Positions 15,030 through 28,735 of a stretch of 64,000 nucleotides of DNA are shown here, one piece after another. Below the pieces are notes generated by a model. That model did not search any database. It was not told the DNA's origin and was given only the letters and a program-made list of their open reading frames with translations. The DNA lies in assembly GCA_964016885.1 (NCBI GenBank), contig OZ024755.1, positions 12,834,001-12,898,000 on the forward strand, in the 5' to 3' direction. This stretch comes from Eledone cirrhosa. Its lineage: Eukaryota. Positions within the stretch are counted from its first letter, which is position 1. Every line of letters starts with the position of its first letter. Position numbers and translations under genes: made by a program.

Positions 15030-15633
15030 GGTCACCAGTTGGTGCTACTGGTAACATGTATCCCAGTACAACCTGTCTCATGGTCGGGTCGTTGGCGACT
15101 AAACTGGCAACCCCACCAAGGTTTCCTGGTGAGGAGGGTGACTTTGGACATCCTGCAGGACTAAAAACAAAACCTGTCAAAGCGCAAAGGAGCTCTTAAG
15201 AGTCAATAGCCATCCAAAATCACTGGGAGAGATGACCCCTTAGCCTTTGTCAAGGCAGAATTCTAGGAGAAGGAAAACTCTGATATAACACCTGCAACCC
15301 TGATGGTATCCAATGATGTTGACTTGTTCTTCTTTTTGGTAAATATCATCTTGGTTAAGAGAGTGGGACTGGCTTTGTGCAGTGCCTTTGCTCACTATAA
15401 AAGCTTCACAGCACAGGCATTGCTTTATATCTGGAGATCTCTCTGCACTTGTCATCACATGGTACCATGGGCCCTGCACTATGTGTCAATAATGGTCACA
15501 AGTGTAGTCTTTGTACCAGAGTTTTCAAGTCGCTGACTGGACTAAAAAGTCGCATTCGTTCAGCGCATCGGTAGGGGTTCTCCTACATGGATATAAAGTA
15601 GTGGCCGTACTCGAAAACGAGTTGGCAGCCACC
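15030..15633 (+). mobile_element. Non-autonomous RTE-derived element (RTE 5'UTR fused to RTE 3' end), inserted in (TATG)n
   Basis: RTE-type 5'UTR motif CTAGGAGAAGGAAAACTCTGAT. Residual C-terminal C2H2 finger (HKCSxCTRVFKSLxGLKSHxRSAHR*) typical of RTE ORF ends. 3' stem-loop ACTCG-AAAA-CGAGT, then microsatellite. Confidence 0.75.
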
Positions 15634-15710
15634 ATGTATGTATGTATGTATGTATGTATGTGTGTGTGTGTGTGTGTGTGTGTGCGCATGGATTTATAAT
15701 CACACACATA

Positions 15711-15741
<31 letters not shown>

Positions 15742-16227
15742 GGGGGGGGTATTGTTTTATCCATCTATCAACTCGTCTCCATATACGCCCACTCATTCAT
15801 CCGACCGGAAATCCACCGAACGTGACCCCAAGGGTAATATAGCAATTAGTAATACAAATATATCTATACGAAACCTATCACATACACATACATATACAGA
15901 CGTGCATACCCACACGACACACTGACACGCTTATATATACACACACATACACATTGATTGATATATACCCACACAACTCACTGACACGGTAATACACATA
16001 CACACAGACACACACAAATACACACATACACATATATGCACACACACACACACACACACCCACAGACACACAAATTGACCGACTGTGACAAATGCAGGCT
16101 GACACAAAGCACAACTCATTATCACTGTGAGACACATGCTGCACACACACAATAGACTGACACGCGTACACACACACACAAGATATATACAGATATATAT
16201 ATATGACATGCTTTCACACACACACAT

Positions 16228-16412
16228 TATAATTGTTTCTACTTTAGGCACAAGGCCAGCAATTATCCAGTTCATTACTGGTACTTTATTTTATCGACCC
16301 CGTAAGGATGAACGGCAAAGTTAACCTCGGCGGGATTTGAACTCAGATCGTAAAGGGACGTAACTATGCTGGAAAGCATGGCGTCCGACCCTCCACCGAT
16401 ACTGCCAATCCA
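16228..16412 (-). mobile_element. SINE family A copy
   Basis: Full-length reverse-complement match to 804-990. Confidence 0.85.
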
Positions 16413-16794
16413 AATGACACGCTTACACGTATGCACACACACACACAAGTACTAACTCAATGACGCACACACACACAAGATCAAATCCGGCCAAGATCAA
16501 CTTTATCTCTCATCCTTCCGAGGACGATAAAATATAGTACAAGTACAGAAGCGATCCCCCCCCCCCGCCCTCTCTTTCTCACTCTCTAAGAAATCTGTTG
16601 TGTACAAACGTCGAGAGGAATGGCCTACCCCAGGTTTAGAATGTCATGACGGCGCCCCGACGACTCCATTGTGGGTTAAGGGCCTCTCATTCCCACATTC
16701 GTTCCTTAAACTAACTACAACTGCACAAAGTGGACGGTGGACATGTAAAGATCATAAAGTAAAACGGATTGAATTACTGGTACACACGTCATAC

Positions 16795-16879
<85 letters not shown>

Positions 16880-17020
16880 AAATAAATATGGTTTTATAAA
16901 GATATTTTCCATTTATTAATATTATTGATATTAATGATACTCCAGAAAAAAATCATTGATTGCTTCTAATCTGTTGTAAATTAACTTTGTTGATTATTCA
17001 ACAAACCAAATAACTCATTG

Positions 17021-17072
<52 letters not shown>

Positions 17073-17089
17073 GTTGCAACAGTGACATA

Positions 17090-17580
17090 TACAGATAGGC
17101 TACCTCCACAGGATGAAGGAGGCTTTTAGAAAAAAGTGCGAGAGTTCTTCAAGGGTAGGTAATTTCCAGTTTAGCTACAAATGGGAGAACTTGTGCAAAG
17201 TTAGTGATTCAAAGAAATTAAATTCTTTGAAATTAAAATAGTCTGGTCTATACCATTTTCTTAGAATGAATTTCGCTTCGTGTGGACAGCGACTAAAGCA
17301 GTCAAGGCGAGAATTTAAGCAGTGTTTCTCCGAAGCCAATTGCGCGAGTATATTCAGATCAAGTAATGCCTGTACTTGAAGCTTTTTCAATCCCACTTTA
17401 TGAACAACGGTGACGGGTATCCAAAAAGAACAGTTCGACATAATTGGCTACCATAGAGTCGCAGGTTTTACATCAGAGTTTTCCTTCTCCTAGAATGATA
17501 TCCTGACAAGGTCCAGGGTCGCTCATTCCTTGTAAGCTAACCACGCACTCGGGTACAAAGCCGAGTATTTCCATCTCCCC
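17090..17580 (-). mobile_element. Diverged RTE-related fragment
   Basis: Minus strand carries CTAGGAGAAGGAAAACTCTGATGTAAACCTGC, shared with the 15030 element; flanked by TA tracts. Confidence 0.5.
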
Positions 17581-20003
17581 GTGCTATATATATAAAGAGA
17601 GAGAGAGAGACACACACACACACACATACACACACATTGAGATTAGTTAGAATTGAGAACGCCAGAGCTGATGTGTGGATATCACAAATAGAATGTTATT
17701 CTATGTTTAAAATACCAAAGCTTAAAATAGCATTTAGTAAAACATCATTCCTGTTTAAAGGTGGTTCTCGCTTTCTCTTCCTCTCTCTCACTATCTCACA
17801 CGCACTCACTCTCTCCTTATCTGTCTCTCCTTTTCTTTCTCTATGTATATGTTTTTCTCTCTCTTCCCGTCCTTCTCTCTGACTAGCAATGAGACTGTCT
17901 CTCTCTCTCTTCCTGTCCCACTCTTCTCTCACTTTATCTATCTATCTATCTATCTCCCCCCTCACTTTTTCTCTATCTATCTCCTGCCTTTTCTCACTCT
18001 CTCTGTGTACACCGTCTCTATCACTCTCTCTCTCTTCCCCTCAATATTTCTCTCTCTATCTCTCCGACCTTATCTATCTATGTATCTATCTATATATCTA
18101 TATCTAGCAATGTAAAATGTCTCTATATATATGTCTGTCTGTTTGTCTTCCCTCTCCGCCTCTCTTACCTCTCCTCTTTGTATGTTTTTATGTATCTCTG
18201 TCTGTCTGTCTCTTCTCTCCTCCCTCACTCTCTAGCAATGTATGCTGTTGTCTCTATATATATCATCTCTACCCTTTAAGAGAATGATGAGATGTGATCT
18301 CAAATCGGCCCAGATGAATCTGGCAAAGTTTCTATCATTACGCTGTCTTGGGCGGAAGTTGCTATAAAGAAGCGATTAAAGGAAACACACAATATGGAAG
18401 TAGTTGAATAGTAATTTGGTTTGAGTGGTGGCCAGTTGGCAGAGTTGTTAGAGCACCAGTTTAAATATATCGGCATTTGTTCCAGTTTTCTGCTCTCTGT
18501 TTAAATCCTACTGAGGTCAACTTTCATCCATTCGAGGTTGATAAAGTACCAATAGATGAGCAGTGGATTGGCGGAATTATTAAAGAGTATGGCGGGGTGT
18601 TTTTACCGATATCTGATCCGACTTTTTGCGTTCTGAGTTTAAATCCCACCTCCTTCTACCAGGAGTTGGGGCCGGAAGATAGTATATTAACAACGGCAAA
18701 ACCAATAGAAACATAGTTAGTTCCCTTAGTTTGATCTGACAATTGGCTCATTTAGTTTCCATTGTGGTACATTAAACAACAAAGACATCAATTCTGGTAT
18801 CAAACAATGATAAATGATTACCCATTGATGGATACAAACATTTAGTATGTTCACAATATGTATATTGTCATCGGTCATTTTTTTATGTACATATTGCTAC
18901 AATGTGCTGAGATTTGATGTTTGAACTGCACACTTTTAGCATCAGATAAATAAATTACTAATAGCATAATAAATTATCTACCACGAAATATTCTCTTAAA
19001 AAATATGATTAATACATTAAGCGGCCTACTGCCAGGAACAGGAACATAAATGTCAAAGTGATGTGCTCCATTTGTTCAAGAGTCAGAACAACACATTTCC
19101 TATTTTCTAATGTGTCATAAGTTCTTTCTCTATGAATCACCGAACATCAAAGTTCTTTATATGTAGTCTTCATATTTTTTTTATAGTCACTTTCTTTGGG
19201 CGTTATTATTATTGTTGTTGTTCTTATTTTATTCTTGGGAACTTGCAATATTCTGTCTTCCAAGAAGATATCGCGGCATTAAAAAAAGAATGAGAGATAA
19301 AAAAAATGTTGAACTTCAAAAGTAAAGTAAAATAAAATAAAATGTATTTTGTGTGAACGTATTTATGTGACTGTGTGCATGTGCGGGTGTATGTGTGCAT
19401 TTCTGCTTATGCGTGTGTGATACGTGTGTGCGTTGTGTGTTGTTGCTTTTCGGTGAAGTTAAAAGGCTATCATGGCATCAGAGAAAAATTGGCACAATCT
19501 TCATTCATATCTCATGTTTCAGAAGACAAATATATCAATGTCAGACGAAATATATTTGTATATAAAAAATATACAAATTATTCATTTTAGATATTATTAC
19601 TTTTTTTTTCAGTTTTGTGTTGGTTTTATCCATCCCAACTAAGGCCAGACTAGAGAATCCGCTTAAAAACTTTTCGTTGTCACATTTTTCATCAAATATA
19701 CTGCGCACTTTTTGTAAATCATTTTGAAAATAATGAAGAATTGAGGGATTTAGTAATATAACTGACATTCCCATTATTAAGCTAATGTTAGGAACATAAT
19801 TTCATTGAGATTATTACATAAAATTATGATTTTAACCATAACCCTAAACTTTTAACCCTTTCTTTACCATATTTCTAAGGAAAAACACTTCTTACAATTT
19901 TGAAATAATTTCGAAAGTAATCAAAAATTTGGAGGGATTTCGTAATGTTTCTTCTTATTAAGCTAATGTTTGGAACATAAACATCACTAAGATTCTTACA
20001 TAG

Positions 20004-20186
20004 AATAATTGTTTCTATTTTTGGCACAAGGCCAGCAATTACCCAGTGTATTATTGGTACTTTATTTTATCGACCCCGTAAGGATGAAAGGCAAAGTTAA
20101 CTTCGGCGGGATTTGAACTCAGAATGGCCGTAACTCTAAGCGTCAAAGCATGACGTCCGACCCTCTACCGATACTGCCAATCCACC
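20004..20186 (-). mobile_element. SINE family A copy
   Basis: Full-length reverse-complement match; CATAGAATAAT flanks both sides (TSD-like). Confidence 0.85.
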
Positions 20187-20609
20187 ATAGAATAATGATG
20201 GAAGGTTTTTAGATAAATATAAACACTTCAAAATAAAGTATTGTATCGTAGAACCAGGGACAGTTTCCTGCGGTTTGGAATGAAAACGTTAAAAGATATT
20301 TTAGCCTGTCGTGGTTGAGGCCATGCTAGAACACCTTTTACAATATTTATTTTCTCTCTCTCTCTCTCTAATCATATATATATATATATATATCGATCGA
20401 CTTTCGTCAAATCGGACCGAGGAAACAATGTTTCCGTTGCTCTTTCCAGTTGCTGATACTATCTATCGGTCGTAACTCCAGGTAGAAGGAAAAACGTGAA
20501 ATAAAGTGTCTTGCTCAAAGGACATAACGCTTCGTCCGGTCCAGGAATCGAACTCACAACCTCAAGATTGTGAATCGAATTCTCTAACCACTCAACCACA
20601 CGCCTTCAC

Positions 20610-20649
<40 letters not shown>

Positions 20650-22959
20650 CTGGCCATTATATTAGTAGTGTATCACAAATAACTTCAACGTCAGAAGCTC
20701 CACCAACAAACAGCAGCCACTAAAAAAAGTGTATATTTACCATAATAAATATGATTACACTAAGGAAAAAATTAAGGCGAATTGTTTGATCTAATTTACA
20801 CAAGAAAGCTACCCGGAAGTCAACTCCTTTTGTAGATATTGGCAGCATACTAATGATGAAGTATTTGCTTCCAGAAACATTGAAAACAGTGCTATTTCCT
20901 GTTTTTCAACAAAATAATTATAATATTATTGTAGTTATTATTATTGTTGCTGTTATTATTATTATTATTATCCTCATTGCTTCGTTAATGGGTTACATGA
21001 ATTAAATGAATGAGTTGAGTGAGATATTAAGAGTGAGGGAATATGTTTGATGTTGCTCTTATTTTATACATTTATAAACATTAAACATATACTACACACA
21101 CTATGTATAGAGAGAGAGAGAGAGAAAGAGAGTGAGAGTGAGAGAGAGAGTGAAAGAGTCAGAGAGAGAGTGAAAGAGTCAGAGAGAGAGTGAAAGAGTG
21201 AGAGAGAGAGTGAAAGAGAGGGAGAGAGAGAGTGAAAGAGAGGGAGAGAGAGAGTGAAAGAGAGGGAGAGAGAGAGTGAAAGAGAGAGAGAGAAAGTGAA
21301 AGAGAGAGAAAGTGAAAGAGAGAGAAAGTGAAAGAGAGAGAAATAGAGGGAGAGAGAGAGGAGAGATTTATGTAAGCAATTATATTTGTGTGTATATATA
21401 TTTGTGTGTGTATATATGTATATATATTTGTGTGTGTATATATATATATATATTTGTGTGTGTATATATGTATATATATTTGTGTGTGTATATATGTATG
21501 TGTATATGTATGTATGTATGTATGTATGTATATGTGTATATGTATGTATATATATATATATATATATGTGTGTGTTGGATCTCCATCATTCTATACGATC
21601 GTAGCTCCGGTACAGTCTACAAGCGAAATTAACGTCCAAGTGGCTGAACATTCTTCAGACTCATGTACCCTTAACGTAACACTCAGGTAGATTCAGTGTG
21701 ACACAGTGAGTGACATGGCTGGCCCTTTGAATTATAGATACAACTCATATTTTGCCAGCAGAGTGAACCGGATCAACATCAAATAGAGTGTCTTTCTCAA
21801 TAAGACAACGAGCCGCTGGGAACTGTACTTATGATCTTATGATCGCGAGTCAAACCCCCTACCCGCTAAGCCACATGACTTCAGTGATACTATAAAAAAA
21901 AGCATTTCAAATTGCATTAATCAACAATTTTTACATATAGGATTGCCAATAAATTTTAAACAAGATTATATTAGATCTACCTAAGTCATAGATGCACCTA
22001 ACTCATACAGAATTAAAGTATTTAGATATGGGTTTAATTATTTTTAAATTAATTTAATGTAAATTTTGTTATGTTAAATCCATTAATATATGTTCAACTG
22101 ATATATAAGCCGAACATTTATGTGGTTTAATGAGTTTACCAGTTGCAATTAAAAAATGATGTTTCTAATGTTTCAGTGTGTCTTAAGTACTGTAACTAGA
22201 ACATATATCACAGTTGGTGTGTCTTTTATCAAAGATAAATATAGAGAAAATAGTAGCAAAATAGATTTAGTTTAGAAATAAGTATAATAATAAAAAAAGA
22301 AAAGAAAATTGCAGTAAAGTAAATGTGAAGAAAGAGCAATAATGTTAAAGTAAAAAAAATAAATATCTTGTATACTCGAAGTTGACATATGCAAACACTA
22401 CAGAATACATTTTAACACCAATTAATTATTATTTAATAGGATGGTTGCAATCAGTCGAAACTGGTAAAAAAATATTTGATAAAACTTAAATATAATTGAT
22501 GTATCAAATATAAAAATATTTATGTTGTTGGATTAAATAAAAAGATTCTGTAAAAACATTACTGTGTATTCCACTTACATATTTAACCTATAATCTTTGG
22601 TTTGCGTTGAACTTTATATATACGCACAGAGAGAGTGATCCGTGTGTGTATATATGTATGTGGGTGTGTGTGTGTACAAAGAGGGTGTGGTAAGATACCA
22701 GGTGGACCATAACGCACCAGAGTACTCAATACTTAGCGTAGTAGAGTGGGTAATAGAAAAGAATCAGGGCCCCGACGGCTAGAGCTCAGCCGTCGAGGTC
22801 CGGGTCCTGACTCTTTTCCTATATATATATATATATATATAAAGAGTCAGGACCCCGACGGCTGAGCTCCTGCCGTTTCGACAGCTAGATCCGTTGGGTT
22901 CCTGACTCGTTTCCTATTACCCACCCTTCTAGTGCTATGGAATCTTGCATGCGTGTGCC

Positions 22960-23001
<42 letters not shown>

Positions 23002-23103
23002 CGCACACACATGCAAGATTCCATAGCTCTAGCATGACTCCTTCATAATCAGCTGATGAACTTTTCAGCCGACCCTCGTATAATTCACAAAACTTGAATA
23101 TAT

Positions 23104-23151
<48 letters not shown>

Positions 23152-24284
23152 CATTATATATATATATATATATATAACATTATATATATATGACCTTTAA
23201 CCAATATGTCAGTTGATTAATCAATCATGGCTATAATGCTAAATTGCATATTCTAACAATTACGATGAGAAATTCACTGAGAATTTCTTGCTTTGCGTAT
23301 TACATTCAGATGAAGATTCTTCTTCTAATCATTCTCCATATGATTAATTATAATATTAATTTCTATATGTCCACGGCACAAAAGATGCAACTTATTGCTA
23401 CTGAATAAATAGAATTGTTGTAACCTTTGAACGTTTCTTGAAATCTTTCGCAGCAGCTTTCGAAGCTTGCGGGATGTGATACAGTTTTAACTGGACACGG
23501 TATCAAACACACAGTCTTGTATATAAAAAGCGAAAGGAGCAGATCGTGAGATTGGACCAAGGAAACAATGTTTCCATTGATATTTCTGCCAGAGGAAGAA
23601 AGCGGCGGTGGCGGTGGTTGGTGTTGTGGTGGTGGTGGGTGTGGTGGTGGGTGTGGTGGTGGGTGTGGTGGGTGTGGTGGTGGTGGTGGTGGTTGATGTT
23701 GTTGTTGTGGTGGTGGTGGTGATGATGAGGATGGTGGGGTGGGGGTGAGCAGAAGAAAAATTTCATATTGCTGTAATATGAGATTTGCAAGTTCTTGTGG
23801 ATCAAAGACATTCCAGTTGTGATCATTACAACGTTTCTCACTGGCACGATGTACCTTGGATCACATAACCCAATGTGTGTGCGTGTGCTTTTATATGATA
23901 GCAGTGTGATAACAGATAACTGAAGAATGATTTGACTACTATTTCTAGCAAGTCGTTGGCTTAAATCTGTCATCCAATTTAACACTACCACCTGGCCCTT
24001 AACACCCTTTAGCAGATCTCATTCTTTTGCAAATATTTGGGCCAGGTTTGAGGTTACCTTACCCCTTCATACCCAGGCCTGGGGGCCCTAAAATGGGTCA
24101 TGAGCTGTGACCTTCCCTCCCTGACTGAAAGGAAAGAAGCCGATCGTCAGATCAGTCTAAGGGAAACAATGTTTCTATTGGTCTTTTCAACTGGTCCTTT
24201 TATTGATAATACTATCGGCCGGTCATAACTCTTGGCAAAAGGAGGTGGGATTTGAGCTCATGGCGTACAGAAACGTTTCAAATA

Positions 24285-24440
24285 CAGTGAAATTCCGTTA
24301 TAACGAAATTCACGGGGCATAAAAAAATTCGTTGTTACGAAAAATTCTTTACAACGAGATCGACCTAACACACCGATCATGTAGCCGGGGATTAAAAAAA
24401 ATTCGTTATAATGGTATTTGTTAAAACGGAATTTTACCTG
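24285..24440. mobile_element. Tigger/pogo-like MITE nested in a minus-strand SINE A
   Basis: TA|CAGTGAAATTCCGTT ... AACGGAATTTTACCTG|TA, with internal repeats of TTCGTT/AACGAA. Confidence 0.7.
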
Positions 24441-24603
24441 TATCACAAACCATCCTGTACGACATTTTAGCAATTCTGCCAATCCACTGCCCCATTGTCT
24501 GGTAGTTTATTTATCGACCCTTTGCCCCGAAATGATAAAAGGCAAAGTTGACTTCGGCGGGATTTGAACTCACAACGCAGTGAGCAGGAATTACTTCTGT
24601 TCT

Positions 24604-24668
24604 ACGTTGCTATGTGTTACCAGACGTTGCTATGTGTTACCAGACGTTGCTATGTGTTACCAGACGTT
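24604..24668. repeat. 3 x 20-bp tandem ACGTTGCTATGTGTTACCAG
   Basis: Perfect direct repeats. Confidence 0.9.
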
Positions 24669-26072
24669 CTCTTGCACAGTTCTTTCATTGAGTTAACAAA
24701 ATAGTAGCACTACCAAACATACTGTTCCTCCTCGCCAGCATCATCATCATCATCTCAATCATCTCCATCATCAGCTCCATCATCAGCTCCATCATCATCA
24801 TCACCCTCTGCGTCCTTCTCTTCCTCCTTTTTCTTCTTCCCCTCCTTTTTTTTCACCTCTTCCACCTCCTTTATCTTCTTCCCCTCTTCCTTCTCCTACT
24901 ACTACTACACCCAACCTCCTCCCCCCACCTATGCCATCTTCATTTTTTTTTGGCGGCAGGGGGGGGAGGGAGAGACTTATTTCCTTGCTTATCTTCACAT
25001 ATACCACCCCTCCACCACCTCACATACTACACACACTCTCTCTCTCTCTCTCTCTCTCCCATCTCAAGATTCACCATTATAAACACCACCAGCTGCTGTA
25101 GTAATCATTTTGTCGCAGTCTCTAGATCACCATCATCATCACCATCACCATCATCACTAATATCACATCATCATCATCATCGTGGTGATCTCCACTACTA
25201 CCACTAATATCGCATCATCATCATCATCATCATTACCAATATCACCACATCATAATCTACATAATCATATTTAGTTTCATCACCATCGTTATCATCAGTG
25301 CCATCACCATCGTCATAACCATCGTCATAACCATCACCATTACCATCGTCATCACTATAACCATCACCAGTGCCCTAACCATCACCATCTCACCATCACC
25401 ATCGTCATCATCATCGTCATCATCATCGTCGTCATCACCATCATTATCGGCACCACCATCACCATCGACATCAACATAGTTATCACCAACACCATCGTCC
25501 TCCTCATCACCACAATCACCACCACCACCATCAACACCACCACCACCGTCATCACCACCACCACAAACACCACCATCATCACCATCAACATCACCATAGT
25601 TATCACCACCACCACCAACACCATCATCAACACCACCATCAACACCACCACCACCACCACTATCATCAACACCACCACAAACCACCACCACCACCACCCT
25701 CATCAACATCAACGCCACCACCGTCACCACCATCACCACCACCAGCCTCACCACCACAAACACCACCACCACTTTCATAAACACGTTAGAAAACAATTAA
25801 ATTTTTAAAAAAAGCGAAAACGACAATACAAAATTAAATAATTCTACGTTCTCGCAATGCAGTCTCATTAATAAAGACACCATTGACTTTATAATCAACG
25901 TGAAACTTACCTTTAAAACCCTACGGTGTTAAGCAATTAGGACTTCAAAGGTGCCGACATCTCATTTCATAACAACAATTCTTGGTGTTATTCCAAAATA
26001 CTAAGACAGAAATATTATAGAGACGAGCGGAAACGAAAGGTGAATGTTTGCTGTGATTTTTAAAATAATATC

Positions 26073-26137
<65 letters not shown>

Positions 26138-26476
26138 GATATATATATGTGTGGGTGTAGGTGTGTGTGGGTGTAGGTGTGTGTGGGTGTAGGTGCGTGT
26201 GGGTGTGTGTGGGTGTGGGTGGGTGTGGGTGTGTGTATGTGTGTGTGTATATCTGTGTGTGTGTATATATATATCTGTGTGTGTGTATATATATATATAT
26301 ATACACACACACACATATATATGTGTGGGTGTAGGTGTGGGTATGTGTATGTGTATGTGTGTGTGTATATCTGTGTGTGTATATATATCTGTGTGTGTGT
26401 ATATATATCTGTGTGTGTGTGTATATAAACACACACACAGATATATAAATATATAAACACACACACACATATATAT

Positions 26477-26571
<95 letters not shown>

Positions 26572-27309
26572 TGTAACATAAATTCCCGCCGTAGAGTGAA
26601 AACAAACAAATTATAACAACGGCGGGAATCTATGTTACAACCCAATATATATATATATATATATATATAGAAATGACTTCTACAGGACTAGAATTCGAAG
26701 GAAATGATCAGTAGTCCTGTAGAAGCCATTTCTATATTAGATATTTATACTCTGCGCTGTATTGAGGAGTATCTTACTTACTGTGGTTACCCCCGATTGA
26801 ATCCGGTATGTATGTATGTATGTATGTATGTATGTATGTATGTATGTATGTATGTATGTATGTATGTATGTATGTATGTATGTATGTATGTATGTATGTG
26901 CGTGTGTAAAGACACACAACACACACAAAAAAATCTTGTCACTGAGGAGGTCACGGAATGTGTGACGAAAGAGCTTTGACACTATATAAACAACCTTCCA
27001 GTTATCGAACCAACCAACAAACCGGAAATGAATAAATTGAAGTGAAAACCAACTGGTGCGTGTATTTTATTGGCAACATGACCCTCCCAAAGTATAACAA
27101 TATACATATATATATATATATATATCATGTATATATGTCTGTATTTATATATATATATATATATATATATGCCTGTATATATATATATATATGCTTGTCT
27201 ATATGTCTGTATTTATTTATTTATATATATATATATGTATATGCTTGTATATATGTCTGTATTTATATATATATATATATGCCTGTATATATGTCTGTAT
27301 ATATGTCTG

Positions 27310-27359
<50 letters not shown>

Positions 27360-27739
27360 TGTATTTATATATACATATATATATATATATGCCTGTATAT
27401 ATGTCTATTTATTTATATATATATATATATGCTTGTATATATGTCTGTATATATATATATATATATGCCTGTATATATGTCTGTATTTATATGTATATAT
27501 ATATGAAATCACACTAAATATAGGTAAAGAGCTCTTAACTCCTAATAGAGTCTTAGGGGCGCCTTCTCGGCATAGGACGTATCTTGGATATTTTATTCCT
27601 GGCCGAGCTCATCCAGAGTTCACTAGGTCTGAACAGTCGATTTCTCCCAGAGAAAGGAAAAGAGAGAAGCCGGGCAAGAAACAATACAGTACAATAAAGA
27701 TATATATTAGTTTAACGCTTGATGAAGTAGTAAAAGAGA

Positions 27740-27972
27740 CTTAACGTTTCAGACGCTAGTCCTTCAACAGAAGATAGAATGAAAAATAAAGGAGGACATA
27801 GAAATACAGAGGAGAATGAGGAGAGAAAAGAGCCGCGTGCGTGTGTGTGTAAAAGTTAAACAGAAATAACAACACAATTGGTACAGTATATGGAAGGAAT
27901 ATATTAGGTTAACGGTGAAAATAGCAGAAGAGGGTCTAAACGTTTCGGATGCTAGTCCTTCATCAGAAGAAA
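27740..27972 (-). ncRNA. Two tandem minimal hammerhead-like motifs in a Penelope-like fragment (~27506-28080)
   Basis: Minus strand CTGATGA-A-GGA-CTAGCA-TCC-GAAACGTTT (27966->27938), and a degenerate copy CTGTTGA-AGGACTAGCGTCT-GAAACGTTA about 200 bp away. Confidence 0.55.
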
Positions 27973-28079
27973 GAATGAAAAATTAGAAAGACTGAAAGGA
28001 CGGGCGGAGCGGGGCGAAATCGGTAAAAATGTCTTTAGAGAAAAATAACAGGTCCATTCATGTGGCCATCTCTTGGAAA

Positions 28080-28324
28080 CTATATATATATATATGTATA
28101 TATATTTATATTTATTTATTTATTTATATATATATATATATATTTATTTATATATTTATTTATTTATATACATATATTTATTTATTTTTATTTATATATT
28201 TATTTATATATATATATATATTTATTTATATATATATATTTATTTTTATTTATATATATATATTTATTTTTATTTATATATATATATTTATTTTTATTTA
28301 TATATATATATATTTATTTTTATT

Positions 28325-28357
<33 letters not shown>

Positions 28358-28378
28358 ATATATATATTTATATTTATT

Positions 28379-28413
<35 letters not shown>

Positions 28414-28680
28414 ATTTATTTATATATATATATTTATTTATATATATATATATTTATTTATATATATATATATTTATTTATATATATATATATTTATTTA
28501 TATATATATATATTTATTTATATTTATATATATATTTATTTATATTTATATATATATTTATTTATATTTATATATATATTTATTTATATTTATATATATA
28601 TTTATTTATATTTATATATATATTTATTTATATTTATATATTTATTTATTTATATATATATATTTATTTATATTTATATA

Positions 28681-28732
<52 letters not shown>
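28080..28732. repeat. (TA/TTTA)n tract
   Basis: Direct reading. Confidence 0.95.

Positions 28733-28735
<3 letters not shown>

Noticed and set aside
14237-15536. Repeated ~80-aa ORFs (MLGPWYHV..., MISNDVDL...) suggesting a small gene family
   Set aside because: Off-frame or antisense readings of the RTE-derived repeat; only the short zinc-finger frame is meaningful.
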